From contig CALJIG010000027.1 in assembly GCA_937974175.1 (NCBI GenBank), forward strand, positions 8,809 through 72,808: 64,000 bases of DNA, in the 5' to 3' direction. This stretch comes from an uncultured Ignavibacteria bacterium. Its GTDB lineage: Bacteria > Bacteroidota > Ignavibacteria > Tepidaquicellales > Tepidaquicellaceae. Every line of letters starts with the position of its first letter. Position 1 is the first letter of the stretch. The position numbers and the translations under genes were made by a program. The notes under the pieces are model-generated. The model was not told where the DNA came from and did no database searches. It was given only the letters and a program-made list of their open reading frames with translations. Positions 28,723 to 37,301 of the stretch are shown piece by piece.

Positions 28723-29277
28723 TTGCCTAATTTATATCAAATTCCCTTTACTGTTTTGAAAAAGTTTTTATCGCTTATAATATTATGCGCTTTAGTTTTT
28801 AATTTTTGCGGCTTCCTTGTGTATTTTTATGTGAAGCAGCAGATTATTTATGCTGAAGTCAGAGCAAAAATGAGCGATACTGCCAATCACGAAAAAATTA
28901 CTCTTCATAAAGATGATGTGCAAAAATACGCATGGGGAAGAAAAGAATTAAAGATTGGCGAGAAGCTTTTTGATATTGTAAAGCAGGAGGCAAAAGGCGA
29001 CAGTTTAGTTTTTGATTGTGTTAGAGATAAGAAGGAAGAAGCTTTATATACTACTCTTGAGAAATTTTTAGACCATAAAGAACAGAAGAAAAAGAATAAT
29101 GCAAGTGCTCAGATAAACCTTGTTAAATTTTTATTATTAGTAAGCATACTACCGCAGCAAAATTATGTTACAAATATAGAACCACATCTTATTTCATTTA
29201 AAGAATCTTCCTTAAAGTTTAGTTCTTCGGGGGTTATCCCGGATACACCGCCGCCCCGGCGTCACATCTCCATATAA
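28723..29277 (+). CDS. Small single-pass membrane protein (paralogue of 27055..27573), upstream partner of a TonB-dependent receptor
   Basis: TM helix with FNFCGFLVYFYV. Shared blocks EKITLH, GDSLVFDCVRDKKEEAL and the Pro-rich tail PDTPPPRRH. The exact start codon is uncertain (TTG). Confidence 0.6.
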   Translation: MPNLYQIPFTVLKKFLSLIILCALVFNFCGFLVYFYVKQQIIYAEVRAKMSDTANHEKITLHKDDVQKYAWGRKELKIGEKLFDIVKQEAKGDSLVFDCVRDKKEEALYTTLEKFLDHKEQKKKNNASAQINLVKFLLLVSILPQQNYVTNIEPHLISFKESSLKFSSSGVIPDTPPPRRHISI

Positions 29278-29449
29278 TATAATTTAACCAATTTATTGAA
29301 GTAATGTCCTGTTCAGGATTTATTTCAATCTTCATTTTATTTTAAAGTAATATTCTGGACAGGTGTTATTGCTTTCGGCTTTTGCTATTGGCATTAATAA
29401 TATCTGTACGCAGTATTATGTATAACTTATAAATATTAAAAATAATTTT

Positions 29450-31576
29450 ATGAAAAAAATATTCTTCATATTTTTTATAACTTTACTTTTTAGTGTGTCA
29501 TCTATGGCTCAAACCGATAAAGACACCGTAAAGTATAAAACAGATGATGTAATTATAACCGGAACAAGAACGGAAAAAAAATTAATCGACATTCCTTATC
29601 CTGTAGATTTAATAGAGAAAGAAGACTTTCGATACTCACGAAACATGGGGATCAATGACGTATTAGGCACAACACCGGGATTATTTATGCAGTCAAGATA
29701 CGGCAACCATGATGTAAGAATTTCAATAAGAGGTTTCGGCAGCCGTTCTAATACAGGTATAAGAGGTGTGAGAATTTTACTCGACGGAATACCTGAGTCA
29801 GAACCTGACGGACAGACAAGAATAGAAGCAATTGATTTTAACGCGCTTGGAAGCATTGAAGTTGTCCGCGGAAATGCATCTGCATTATATACGAACGCGC
29901 CGGGCGGAGTAATAAACTTCATTAATGATATTAAGTTTTATAAACCTTTTGCGTGGTCTTTTAATGAGATAGGTGAGTTCGGCATGCGTAAAAATACTAT
30001 TAAAGCAGGTGTTGCAACAAATTCGCTGAGATTTATGACATCATTTACTTATACAAATTACAATGGTTATAGAGACCATAGTAATGAGTATCAGAAAATA
30101 GTAAACTCGGTTTTGGAAGCTGAAGTAGGAAGAAACTCAAACTTAAGTGTGCTGACAAATTTCGTAAGCGGCGCAATCCGTCTTCCGGGTTCATTAAATT
30201 TAACTCAGTATAATGAAAATCCGCTGCAGGCAAATGCAACAGATAAATCACGTGATGCAAAAAGAGATTCGAAAAAAGGAAGACTTGCAGTAAGATTTAA
30301 TAATACATTTGGAAAGAGCTTGAATAATGTTATTGAAGGTACGGGATATCTGACTGTAAAAGATTTTGACAGGACAGCAAAAACATACCGTTTATTTTCA
30401 AGATATGGTCTCGGCGGTTCATTAAGATATGTAAATAAATCTGAAATTGCCGGACGTGATAACGAATTTTCAGTTGGCGGAGATTTGTTCTATCAAACAG
30501 GTCCTATTGAAGAATTCGAAAACATCGGCGGAACAAGAGGCGATATTCTACTTGCTATTTCCGATGAAACCATCAGCAATGCAGGATTTTATTTCTCCAA
30601 TCAGTTCAGCATTGTTAGAGGCAAGCTAGATTTTCTTTTCACAGGAAGATATGACAATGTGAACTTCGATGTAGTTGACCGCTTAGCCGGAATAAGAGAT
30701 GCAACAAGAAACTTTAACCGCTTTACTCCTAAGTTTGCTTTGAACTACAAGCTTACTCCTTATGCAGCTATTTATGGTTCATTCGGATTAGGTTTCGATA
30801 CTCCCGCAGGAAATGAACTTGATAACTACCCGTTATCTTCAGACGGAAATCTTGGCGCTTTAAATCCTGATTTGAATGCTCAAACATCAAAGAACTTTGA
30901 ATTAGGAACAAAGGGAAATATTTTAAATCACGGAGGTAAATGGTTCAAAGATAACGTTTATGAACTTGTGTTTTACAGATTACAGATTGAAGATGAAATA
31001 GTTCCGTTCATTGTAAGTAATGCAGCATATTTCCGAAATGCGGCAAAAAGTACCAGAAACGGTATTGAGTTCGGGTTTACTACAAATATAATAGGCGGAC
31101 TGAAATCAAAAACGGCGTACAATTTTTCTGATTTTAAATACGATACTTATACAGCGCTTATATACGATGCCAATGGTAATGCAACAACAAAAGATTACTC
31201 AGGAAATACGGCTCCTTCAGTACCTAAACATTATTTATCTTCAGATCTAATTTATAATTACAAAATTACACCAAGCGTAACGGCATTTGCAAAATTCAAT
31301 TACACTTATGTTGAAGGAATGTTCACAGATGACGGGAACTCAGCTAAAACAGAATCATACATTCTGTTAAACAGCGGAATCGGTATGGAAGTTACTGTTG
31401 ATAATTTTAACCTGATTGCAAATGCAGGTCTTGGAAATCTGACAGATAAAAAATATGTTGCCTATATAAATATTAATGCAGATCCCGACAGAGCAGTTGA
31501 CAGAAGAACATATTATGAATCAGGCGTGCCAAAAAATTTCTTCGCAGGATTAAATCTTGGTTATATATTCAGATAA
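29450..31576 (+). CDS. TonB-dependent outer-membrane receptor
   Basis: Signal peptide and a TonB-box-like DDVIITGTR. Plug motifs (RGFGSRS, LLDGIP, IEVVRG). 22-strand-sized barrel with a C-terminal aromatic residue (..LGYIFR). Confidence 0.9.
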   Translation: MKKIFFIFFITLLFSVSSMAQTDKDTVKYKTDDVIITGTRTEKKLIDIPYPVDLIEKEDFRYSRNMGINDVLGTTPGLFMQSRYGNHDVRISIRGFGSRSNTGIRGVRILLDGIPESEPDGQTRIEAIDFNALGSIEVVRGNASALYTNAPGGVINFINDIKFYKPFAWSFNEIGEFGMRKNTIKAGVATNSLRFMTSFTYTNYNGYRDHSNEYQKIVNSVLEAEVGRNSNLSVLTNFVSGAIRLPGSLNLTQYNENPLQANATDKSRDAKRDSKKGRLAVRFNNTFGKSLNNVIEGTGYLTVKDFDRTAKTYRLFSRYGLGGSLRYVNKSEIAGRDNEFSVGGDLFYQTGPIEEFENIGGTRGDILLAISDETISNAGFYFSNQFSIVRGKLDFLFTGRYDNVNFDVVDRLAGIRDATRNFNRFTPKFALNYKLTPYAAIYGSFGLGFDTPAGNELDNYPLSSDGNLGALNPDLNAQTSKNFELGTKGNILNHGGKWFKDNVYELVFYRLQIEDEIVPFIVSNAAYFRNAAKSTRNGIEFGFTTNIIGGLKSKTAYNFSDFKYDTYTALIYDANGNATTKDYSGNTAPSVPKHYLSSDLIYNYKITPSVTAFAKFNYTYVEGMFTDDGNSAKTESYILLNSGIGMEVTVDNFNLIANAGLGNLTDKKYVAYININADPDRAVDRRTYYESGVPKNFFAGLNLGYIFR

Positions 31577-31695
31577 AAACGATGAAAATTTCTACAGCGT
31601 ATTAGTATGTAAGATGAGAGTTTTGAGAATATGCAACTAAAAAAGAATTTCTAAAATTTTATAAGTGTGCTGAACTTTCGTTCTTTCAAATCAAA

Positions 31696-31795
31696 TCAAT
31701 CAACTCCTTCTGATTGAGGTTTAGTTTAAAATAAAAAGTGCGGCACACTTTATACACAGTTATAAGATTTCAATCATCTCCTTCTTGTGATTGAA
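31696..31795. repeat. Two near-identical hairpins (stem TCAATCA/TGATTGA) presenting CUCCUUC in the loop; candidate structured RNA or regulatory element
   Basis: Hairpin 1: 31696-31702 pairs with 31711-31717, loop ACTCCTTC. Hairpin 2: 31769-31776 pairs with 31788-31795, loop TCTCCTTCTTG. Both lie in a 484-bp non-coding gap. Confidence 0.4.
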
Positions 31796-32060
31796 CTCTT
31801 TAATATAAAGAAGAAAATAGATTTTTTAAATTAAAAAATATTTAATTTTTAGGCTAAAAACTACGATTTTGTATTAATTTTACAAAAATTTTGTTGAGTG
31901 TAAAGTACTCTCCTTCAAAAGTGAGGTAAATATGCTATAGGGGCTTCAGCTGCTTTCGAATTTTTACGAAGTTTCTTGGTTTATTTGCTTCACTTATTTT
32001 TTCACATTATACAAAATTATTGTCCTGTGAATTAATTCCATAACTATTATGTTAATATAA

Positions 32061-33713
32061 TTGAACAAACATTTATCCATGAAAACAAAAATCTTTTTAT
32101 TGGCAATTTTATTTGCAGCATTCTACGGGTTTATTCAAAATGAGTATAGAACATCCGAACCGCAGACAGATTATTCAAATATTTATGTGGCTCCGAATTA
32201 CAGAATTTATCCAAGTACTACTTCCCAGTCAGAACCGGAAATTGTCAGGCATCCGTTAAACCCGGATATTTTGTTTGCAAGCGCGTTTACAATTAAAGGT
32301 AACTTTAAAAGTGAAGGTGTTTATGTAACAACTAACGGAGGAGCAACATGGAGGGGAAATGATACCTGTAAAGGTGTGAATATAAGTAACCATAATGGAG
32401 ACCCCGGACCAATGATAGATAAAGACGGAAGATTTTTTATGTCCCATTTAGGGAATGGATTCCCGGATGGTCAGTTTGTTCATTATTCCACAGACCAGGG
32501 CCTTACCTGGTCAAATCAATATATTATTGCTCTTGATAATCAGGATAAGGGTGATATCAGAACAGATGGAAGTCCTACAAGCCCGTATTACGGCAGAACT
32601 TATCTAGCATGGGTTGAGTTTGCTTCTCCTTTTCCTGTATTTATAACTTATACAACAAACGGAGGTGTAAACTGGGCAAGTAATATGCAGGTTAATAATC
32701 CCTCGCAAAGAAGCCAGGGTACAGTTGTAAAAGTAGGAAGAGCCGGTGAAGTTTTGCTTTGCTGGGCAGGAACAACTTCTGCATCACCTTTTACCGAGGA
32801 TTTCATCGGCTTTGCAAAATCCACCAACGGGGCACAGTCATTTTCTGTAACAGAAAATGCGTTTGATATAAATGGTATCAGCGGCACACTACCATCTAAA
32901 AATAATATAAGAGTAAACGGTCTTCCTGATATGGATGTTGATAATACAGGCGGCTCAAGAAACGGATGGATATATATTGTAACAGGTGAAAAAAATCTTA
33001 GTCCGGCCGGTACTGACCCTGATATAATCTTCCGCCGTTCCTCCAATGGAGGAAATACGTGGTCTGAAAGAATAAGAGTAAATCAGGACCCCGTTAACAA
33101 CGGAAAGATTCAATATTTCCCCGCAATGAGAGTTGATGAAGGCGGCGCAATAAATGTTATTTATTATGATGACAGAAGAACGACAAGTGACTCTGCCGAA
33201 GTGTTTTTATCACGCTCTACTGATGGCGGAACAACATGGCAAGATTTTCCTATTGCCGACCATAAATTCAAACCTGCCCCAATAGCAGGTGGCATTGCAG
33301 GTTATCAGGGTGATAATATCGGAATAACATCAGGAAATAATTACTTATGGCCTGTGTGGATGGATAACTCTAGCGGCTTATATCAGACATGGACATCAAA
33401 AATTGATATTAATACTTTAGGAATAAATCAGCTTAGCACAGTAGTTCCTGATAAATTTAAGCTCGAACAAAATTATCCTAATCCGTTCAATCCTGTAACG
33501 AATATTAAGTTCAGCATTAAAGATAAAGGTGATGTAAGCATGAAAGTTTATAATACTCAGGGTAAATTAATTCAAACACTTGTGAACAGGGTTTTACCTG
33601 CAGGTGAATATGAATATACTTTTGATGCGGTGAATTTAAATTCAGGAATTTATTTTGTTACTGTACAGGCAGGAGGATTTTCAGATACTAAAAAAATGGT
33701 TTTATTAAAATAA
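32061..33713 (+). CDS. BNR/Asp-box repeat (sialidase-fold) secreted protein with a T9SS C-terminal sorting domain
   Basis: Asp-boxes TTNGGATW, STDQGLTW, TTNGGVNW, SSNGGNTW and STDGGTTW. C-terminal domain KLEQNYPNPFNPVTNIKF...GIYFVTV...KKMVLLK. Confidence 0.8.
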   Translation: MNKHLSMKTKIFLLAILFAAFYGFIQNEYRTSEPQTDYSNIYVAPNYRIYPSTTSQSEPEIVRHPLNPDILFASAFTIKGNFKSEGVYVTTNGGATWRGNDTCKGVNISNHNGDPGPMIDKDGRFFMSHLGNGFPDGQFVHYSTDQGLTWSNQYIIALDNQDKGDIRTDGSPTSPYYGRTYLAWVEFASPFPVFITYTTNGGVNWASNMQVNNPSQRSQGTVVKVGRAGEVLLCWAGTTSASPFTEDFIGFAKSTNGAQSFSVTENAFDINGISGTLPSKNNIRVNGLPDMDVDNTGGSRNGWIYIVTGEKNLSPAGTDPDIIFRRSSNGGNTWSERIRVNQDPVNNGKIQYFPAMRVDEGGAINVIYYDDRRTTSDSAEVFLSRSTDGGTTWQDFPIADHKFKPAPIAGGIAGYQGDNIGITSGNNYLWPVWMDNSSGLYQTWTSKIDINTLGINQLSTVVPDKFKLEQNYPNPFNPVTNIKFSIKDKGDVSMKVYNTQGKLIQTLVNRVLPAGEYEYTFDAVNLNSGIYFVTVQAGGFSDTKKMVLLK

Positions 33714-33728
33714 ATATAATTCATAGTA

Positions 33729-34151
33729 GTGAGTACAAGTGAATATTGGGTAACAACAGATAATGAAAAATTAGATTTTGATTCCATTCACAAGTGGATA
33801 ACAAATTCATACTGGGCAAACGGAAGAACTAAAGAGGCGATGAAAAAAGTAATGGATAACTCTTTAAATTTCGGACTGTTTCATAATGATAAACAGGTCG
33901 GCTTTGCCAGAGTAATAACTGACTACCATACATTTTCATATTTATGTGATGTAATAATAGATGAAGATTACAGAGGAAGAGGTTTGGGAAAATTATTAAT
34001 GAAAGAAGTTTTGGAATACCCTCCGCTGATTACAATGAAACGGTGGCTTTTATTTACAAAAGATGCTCACGGTTTATATGAGCATTTCGGTTTTACAAAA
34101 GACGATATGCCTGAAAGAACTATGGTAAAGAAAAATGCAAATGTAAGTTAA
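33729..34151 (+). CDS. GNAT-family N-acetyltransferase
   Basis: 140 aa. The acetyl-CoA binding motif region is YRGRGLGKLLM. GTG start. Confidence 0.8.
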   Translation: MSTSEYWVTTDNEKLDFDSIHKWITNSYWANGRTKEAMKKVMDNSLNFGLFHNDKQVGFARVITDYHTFSYLCDVIIDEDYRGRGLGKLLMKEVLEYPPLITMKRWLLFTKDAHGLYEHFGFTKDDMPERTMVKKNANVS

Positions 34152-35444
34152 CTATTTTACCAGTACCATTTTTTTTGTTTCACTTGTACCATTGGATGTT
34201 TTTAAAGTATAATAATAAACTCCTGCAGGGATATCTGCCGCGCTGAATTTTATTTTATGCTCGCCGGACTTTACAATACCATCTATTAATGTCTTCACTT
34301 CTTTCCCAAGTAAATCATAAATTTTAAGTGAAACAATTGCTGGCTTTTGCAGGCTGAAAGTAATTATTGTTTCAGGATTAAAAGGATTCGGATAATTTTG
34401 TTTTAGTTCTATCCCTGTCGGGAAAGTTGTTCCGTTATTCCATATTCCAACGTAGTCGGTATTGAACTTTAATATTGCGCCTCTCTCTCCTACGGCAATT
34501 CCATTCCTTTTATTTGCAAATTTTACATCGTAAATAGATTCACCGTTTGGAGTAGCAAACGTAGACCAGTTTTGCCCGCCGTTCATTGTATATAAAAATT
34601 TTTGTCCTATTCCCAGTGGCATCCATCCTTCAGAAGCCGTTCTGAAAGCTAGAGCAAGCGCAGTTCCGAATTCTTCAAATGTAATGTATTCCCATGTAAG
34701 TCCGGCGTTAGTCGAGCTTGCCATGCTTGCTCCGTATTCAAAATCGCCTCCGACTGCAATTACGTGATTATCATCATAGAAATGAAAATCATAAAGCGGC
34801 TCAGGGCTTACACCTTGTGGAATCCAGTTTAATCCGTTATTCGTAGTCCTCCATACTACTCCCTGAATATCAATCCATCCTCCGCAGGCAAGAGTTACCT
34901 GACCGCGTGTTTTAAAATTTCTCACAGGGTAATCATAAAAAGAAGCAGAATCAATCTGGTCAGTCTTCCATGTTGCACCTGCATCTGTAGTGCGGAGTAT
35001 CCCTATGGGGTGTCCGGCTAATAACCCATGCTGAGTATCTGTGAATAAAATTTTAGCGAAGAAAATATTTGTATCTACTCTGTATCCCGTATTCCAGTTG
35101 ACACCTGCATTAGTTGTTTTTAAAATAATGGAACCTACAAAGTTTGGATTTGTAAGACCGAATTCCCATGATATAGCAAAGCCTGTATTTGCATCTAAAA
35201 AATTTATATCAATTATATTGCTGAGCAGACCCGTATTTCTTGTTACCCATGAGGCTCCGGCATTTGAACTGTAAAATACTTTTCCTGAATCGGCAGCAAT
35301 GAAAAAATTAGTGGAATCAGTATAGGCAATTTTATTTAATGTCATACCGGGGTTGAAGCTTGAACGCAGCCAGTAGTTTTGAGCATTAGCCTGAAGGGAA
35401 CAGAGAGAAACTAATAACAATATTAAAAGAAACTTTTTTATCAA
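34152..35444 (-). CDS. Ycf48/BNR-like beta-propeller protein with a T9SS C-terminal sorting domain
   Basis: Repeated S/T-x-[ND]-x-G-x-[NT]-W blades (SSNAGASW, TTNAGVNW, TTDAGATW, TTNNGLNW, STNAGLTW, MNGGQNW). C-terminal domain LKQNYPNPFNPETIITF...KKMVLVK. Confidence 0.7.
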   Translation of the reverse strand: MIKKFLLILLLVSLCSLQANAQNYWLRSSFNPGMTLNKIAYTDSTNFFIAADSGKVFYSSNAGASWVTRNTGLLSNIIDINFLDANTGFAISWEFGLTNPNFVGSIILKTTNAGVNWNTGYRVDTNIFFAKILFTDTQHGLLAGHPIGILRTTDAGATWKTDQIDSASFYDYPVRNFKTRGQVTLACGGWIDIQGVVWRTTNNGLNWIPQGVSPEPLYDFHFYDDNHVIAVGGDFEYGASMASSTNAGLTWEYITFEEFGTALALAFRTASEGWMPLGIGQKFLYTMNGGQNWSTFATPNGESIYDVKFANKRNGIAVGERGAILKFNTDYVGIWNNGTTFPTGIELKQNYPNPFNPETIITFSLQKPAIVSLKIYDLLGKEVKTLIDGIVKSGEHKIKFSAADIPAGVYYYTLKTSNGTSETKKMVLVK

Positions 35445-35481
35445 AATAAAATTTTAGAGTTTAACTTATTACCGGAAAAAT

Positions 35482-36792
35482 TTATTTAACCAGTATCATT
35501 TTTTTTGTTTGAGTGAATTCGTTTCCTGTCTTCAGAGTATAAAAATAAACTCCTGCCGGAATTTCAGCTGCATCAAATTTTATCTTATGTTCACCGGGCT
35601 TTACCATTCCGTCAATAAGTGTTTTTACTTCTTTTCCCAACATATCATAAATTACTAAGCTAACATTCTTGGGTTTATCTAAATTGAATGATATAATTGT
35701 TTCCGGATTGAATGGATTCGGGTAGTTCTGTTTTAATTCTATAGAAGCAGGTAGACCTGTATTTGTATTTTGTATTCCTACTAATTCGGAATTATATCTT
35801 AATATGGCAGCATGCTGCCCGACTGCTACACCGTGTCTTTTATTTGAAAAAACTACATCCTGAATCGATTCAAGGTCATGTGTTGTATAAACATTCCATC
35901 TGTCTCCGCCGTCTAAGCTGAAAAGAAACTTTTGTCCAAGCCCCAGTGCAATCCATCCTTCGGCAGATGTTCGGAATGAAATTCCTAACCCGATACCGAA
36001 TTGTTCAAAAGCACTATATGACCAGTTAAGCCCTGCATTAGTAGTTCTTACAAGACTGGCGCCGTATTCATTATCCCCGCCGACAGCAATAAAATTCTGG
36101 TTATCAAAAAAATGAATTGCATAAAGCGGTTCAGGCGCAACACCTTCCGAAGACCAGTTCAGTCCGCCGTTAGTTGTTCGCCATATAACTCCTGCAAGAT
36201 CCATAAACCCGCCGCAGGCAATACCGAACTGAGTGCCTATCGTCTTAATATTTTTTATGGGGAAACCGTAAACTAAATTAGTTGAGTCAAGATGGTCTTT
36301 CTTCCAGTTAACACCGCCGTCAGTAGTGCGTACAATTCCTATTGGATGACCTAATAAAAATCCAAACTGATTATTTATAAAAGAAACTTTGCTGTAAAAA
36401 ATATTCGTATCAATTTTATAATCTGCATCCCATATCTGTCCGCCGTTTGTTGTTTTTAAAATTATTGAGCCGAAAAAATTAGGATTAATAGAACCGTATT
36501 CCCATGCGATTGCATAGCCGGTATTGACATCAACAAAATTAATATCGACTATATTATTTTGAATGCCTGTGTTCTGAGTTATCCAGTTTACACCTGCATT
36601 TGAGCTGTAAAATATTTTACCTGAATCTGCAGCAATATAGAATTTTAAACTATCGGAATTTGTAACTTTGTTCAAAGTCATATCGGCAGGAAATGGGAGA
36701 GCGGATTTAATCCAGTACTCCTGAGCAAATAAATTGCCCGTACTCAAAAAAATAATAAGTAGGAAAAATAAGATGTACTTTCTTTTATTCAA
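35482..36792 (-). CDS. Ycf48/BNR-like beta-propeller protein with a T9SS C-terminal sorting domain (tandem paralogue of 34152..35444)
   Basis: Colinear with its neighbour along the full length. Blades SSNAGVNW, TTNGGQIW, TTDGGVNW, TTNGGLNW, TTNAGLNW and LDGGDRW. Same type of C-terminal sorting domain. Confidence 0.7.
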   Translation of the reverse strand: MNKRKYILFFLLIIFLSTGNLFAQEYWIKSALPFPADMTLNKVTNSDSLKFYIAADSGKIFYSSNAGVNWITQNTGIQNNIVDINFVDVNTGYAIAWEYGSINPNFFGSIILKTTNGGQIWDADYKIDTNIFYSKVSFINNQFGFLLGHPIGIVRTTDGGVNWKKDHLDSTNLVYGFPIKNIKTIGTQFGIACGGFMDLAGVIWRTTNGGLNWSSEGVAPEPLYAIHFFDNQNFIAVGGDNEYGASLVRTTNAGLNWSYSAFEQFGIGLGISFRTSAEGWIALGLGQKFLFSLDGGDRWNVYTTHDLESIQDVVFSNKRHGVAVGQHAAILRYNSELVGIQNTNTGLPASIELKQNYPNPFNPETIISFNLDKPKNVSLVIYDMLGKEVKTLIDGMVKPGEHKIKFDAAEIPAGVYFYTLKTGNEFTQTKKMILVK

Positions 36793-37038
36793 AAATCAGG
36801 CGCTCCTTCTTTTCCAATTTATAACACTGTCCATTAAAAAATAATTCATTTTTTAATCACATAGTTACCTATACCTACATATAGGGAAGAAATACTTTTT
36901 TTAAAATTTTCTTATATGTATTTTATATTAGGTTCTTTTGTGTGGAATTTTGTTACAGCCTAAATTAATTCAATAAAAAACTTAATTATTTTGCAGAAAA
37001 CCTCTCTGTAAGATATTGATTACAAAATAATTAAAATA

Positions 37039-37297
37039 AAATGTTACAATAATGTTACTATCTAATGCATGGCCTTAAAGCGAAATGTTACAATAATGTT
37101 ACAGTCAGACGATAGTTTGGAGTAAAGTTATTTCGCAGAAAGATTAAGAATAAAACATTAATTATTAATCATTAAAAGGAAAATGTTACAATAATGTTAC
37201 AGTGAGCCTATAGTTTGGAGTGAAGTTGTTTCGCAGAAAGATTAAGAATAAAACATTAATTATTAATCATTAAGAGCAAAATGTCACAATAATGTTA
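37039..37297. repeat. Array of four copies of a 20-nt motif AAATGT(T/C)ACAATAATGTTAC, the middle two heading a ~98-bp tandem duplication
   Basis: Motif copies at 37039-37058, 37083-37102, 37181-37200 and 37278-37297. Units 37083-37180 and 37181-37277 differ at only a handful of positions. Each motif is itself a direct repeat of AATGTTAC with an 11-nt period. Confidence 0.85.
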
Positions 37298-37301
37298 CTA
37301 T

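Noticed and set aside
29278-29449. Riboswitch (e.g. cobalamin or TPP) in the 172-nt leader of the TonB-dependent receptor
   Set aside because: I could not find a B12-box-like or other conserved riboswitch core. I saw only a weak imperfect inverted repeat (CCTGTTCAGG / CTGGACAGG).
34149-34154. Abutting convergent stop codons (TAA of the GNAT gene, then TAG of the minus-strand T9SS gene) with no spacer or terminator
   Set aside because: It is real but unremarkable gene packing. No hairpin is present, and I can draw no functional inference from it.
37039-37297. Possible CRISPR array (regularly spaced 20-nt repeats)
   Set aside because: There are only four short repeats. The spacers between copies 2-3 and 3-4 are near-identical to each other, so this is a tandem duplication rather than unique spacers. 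Spacing is irregular (24 versus ~78 nt). No cas genes are in the window.
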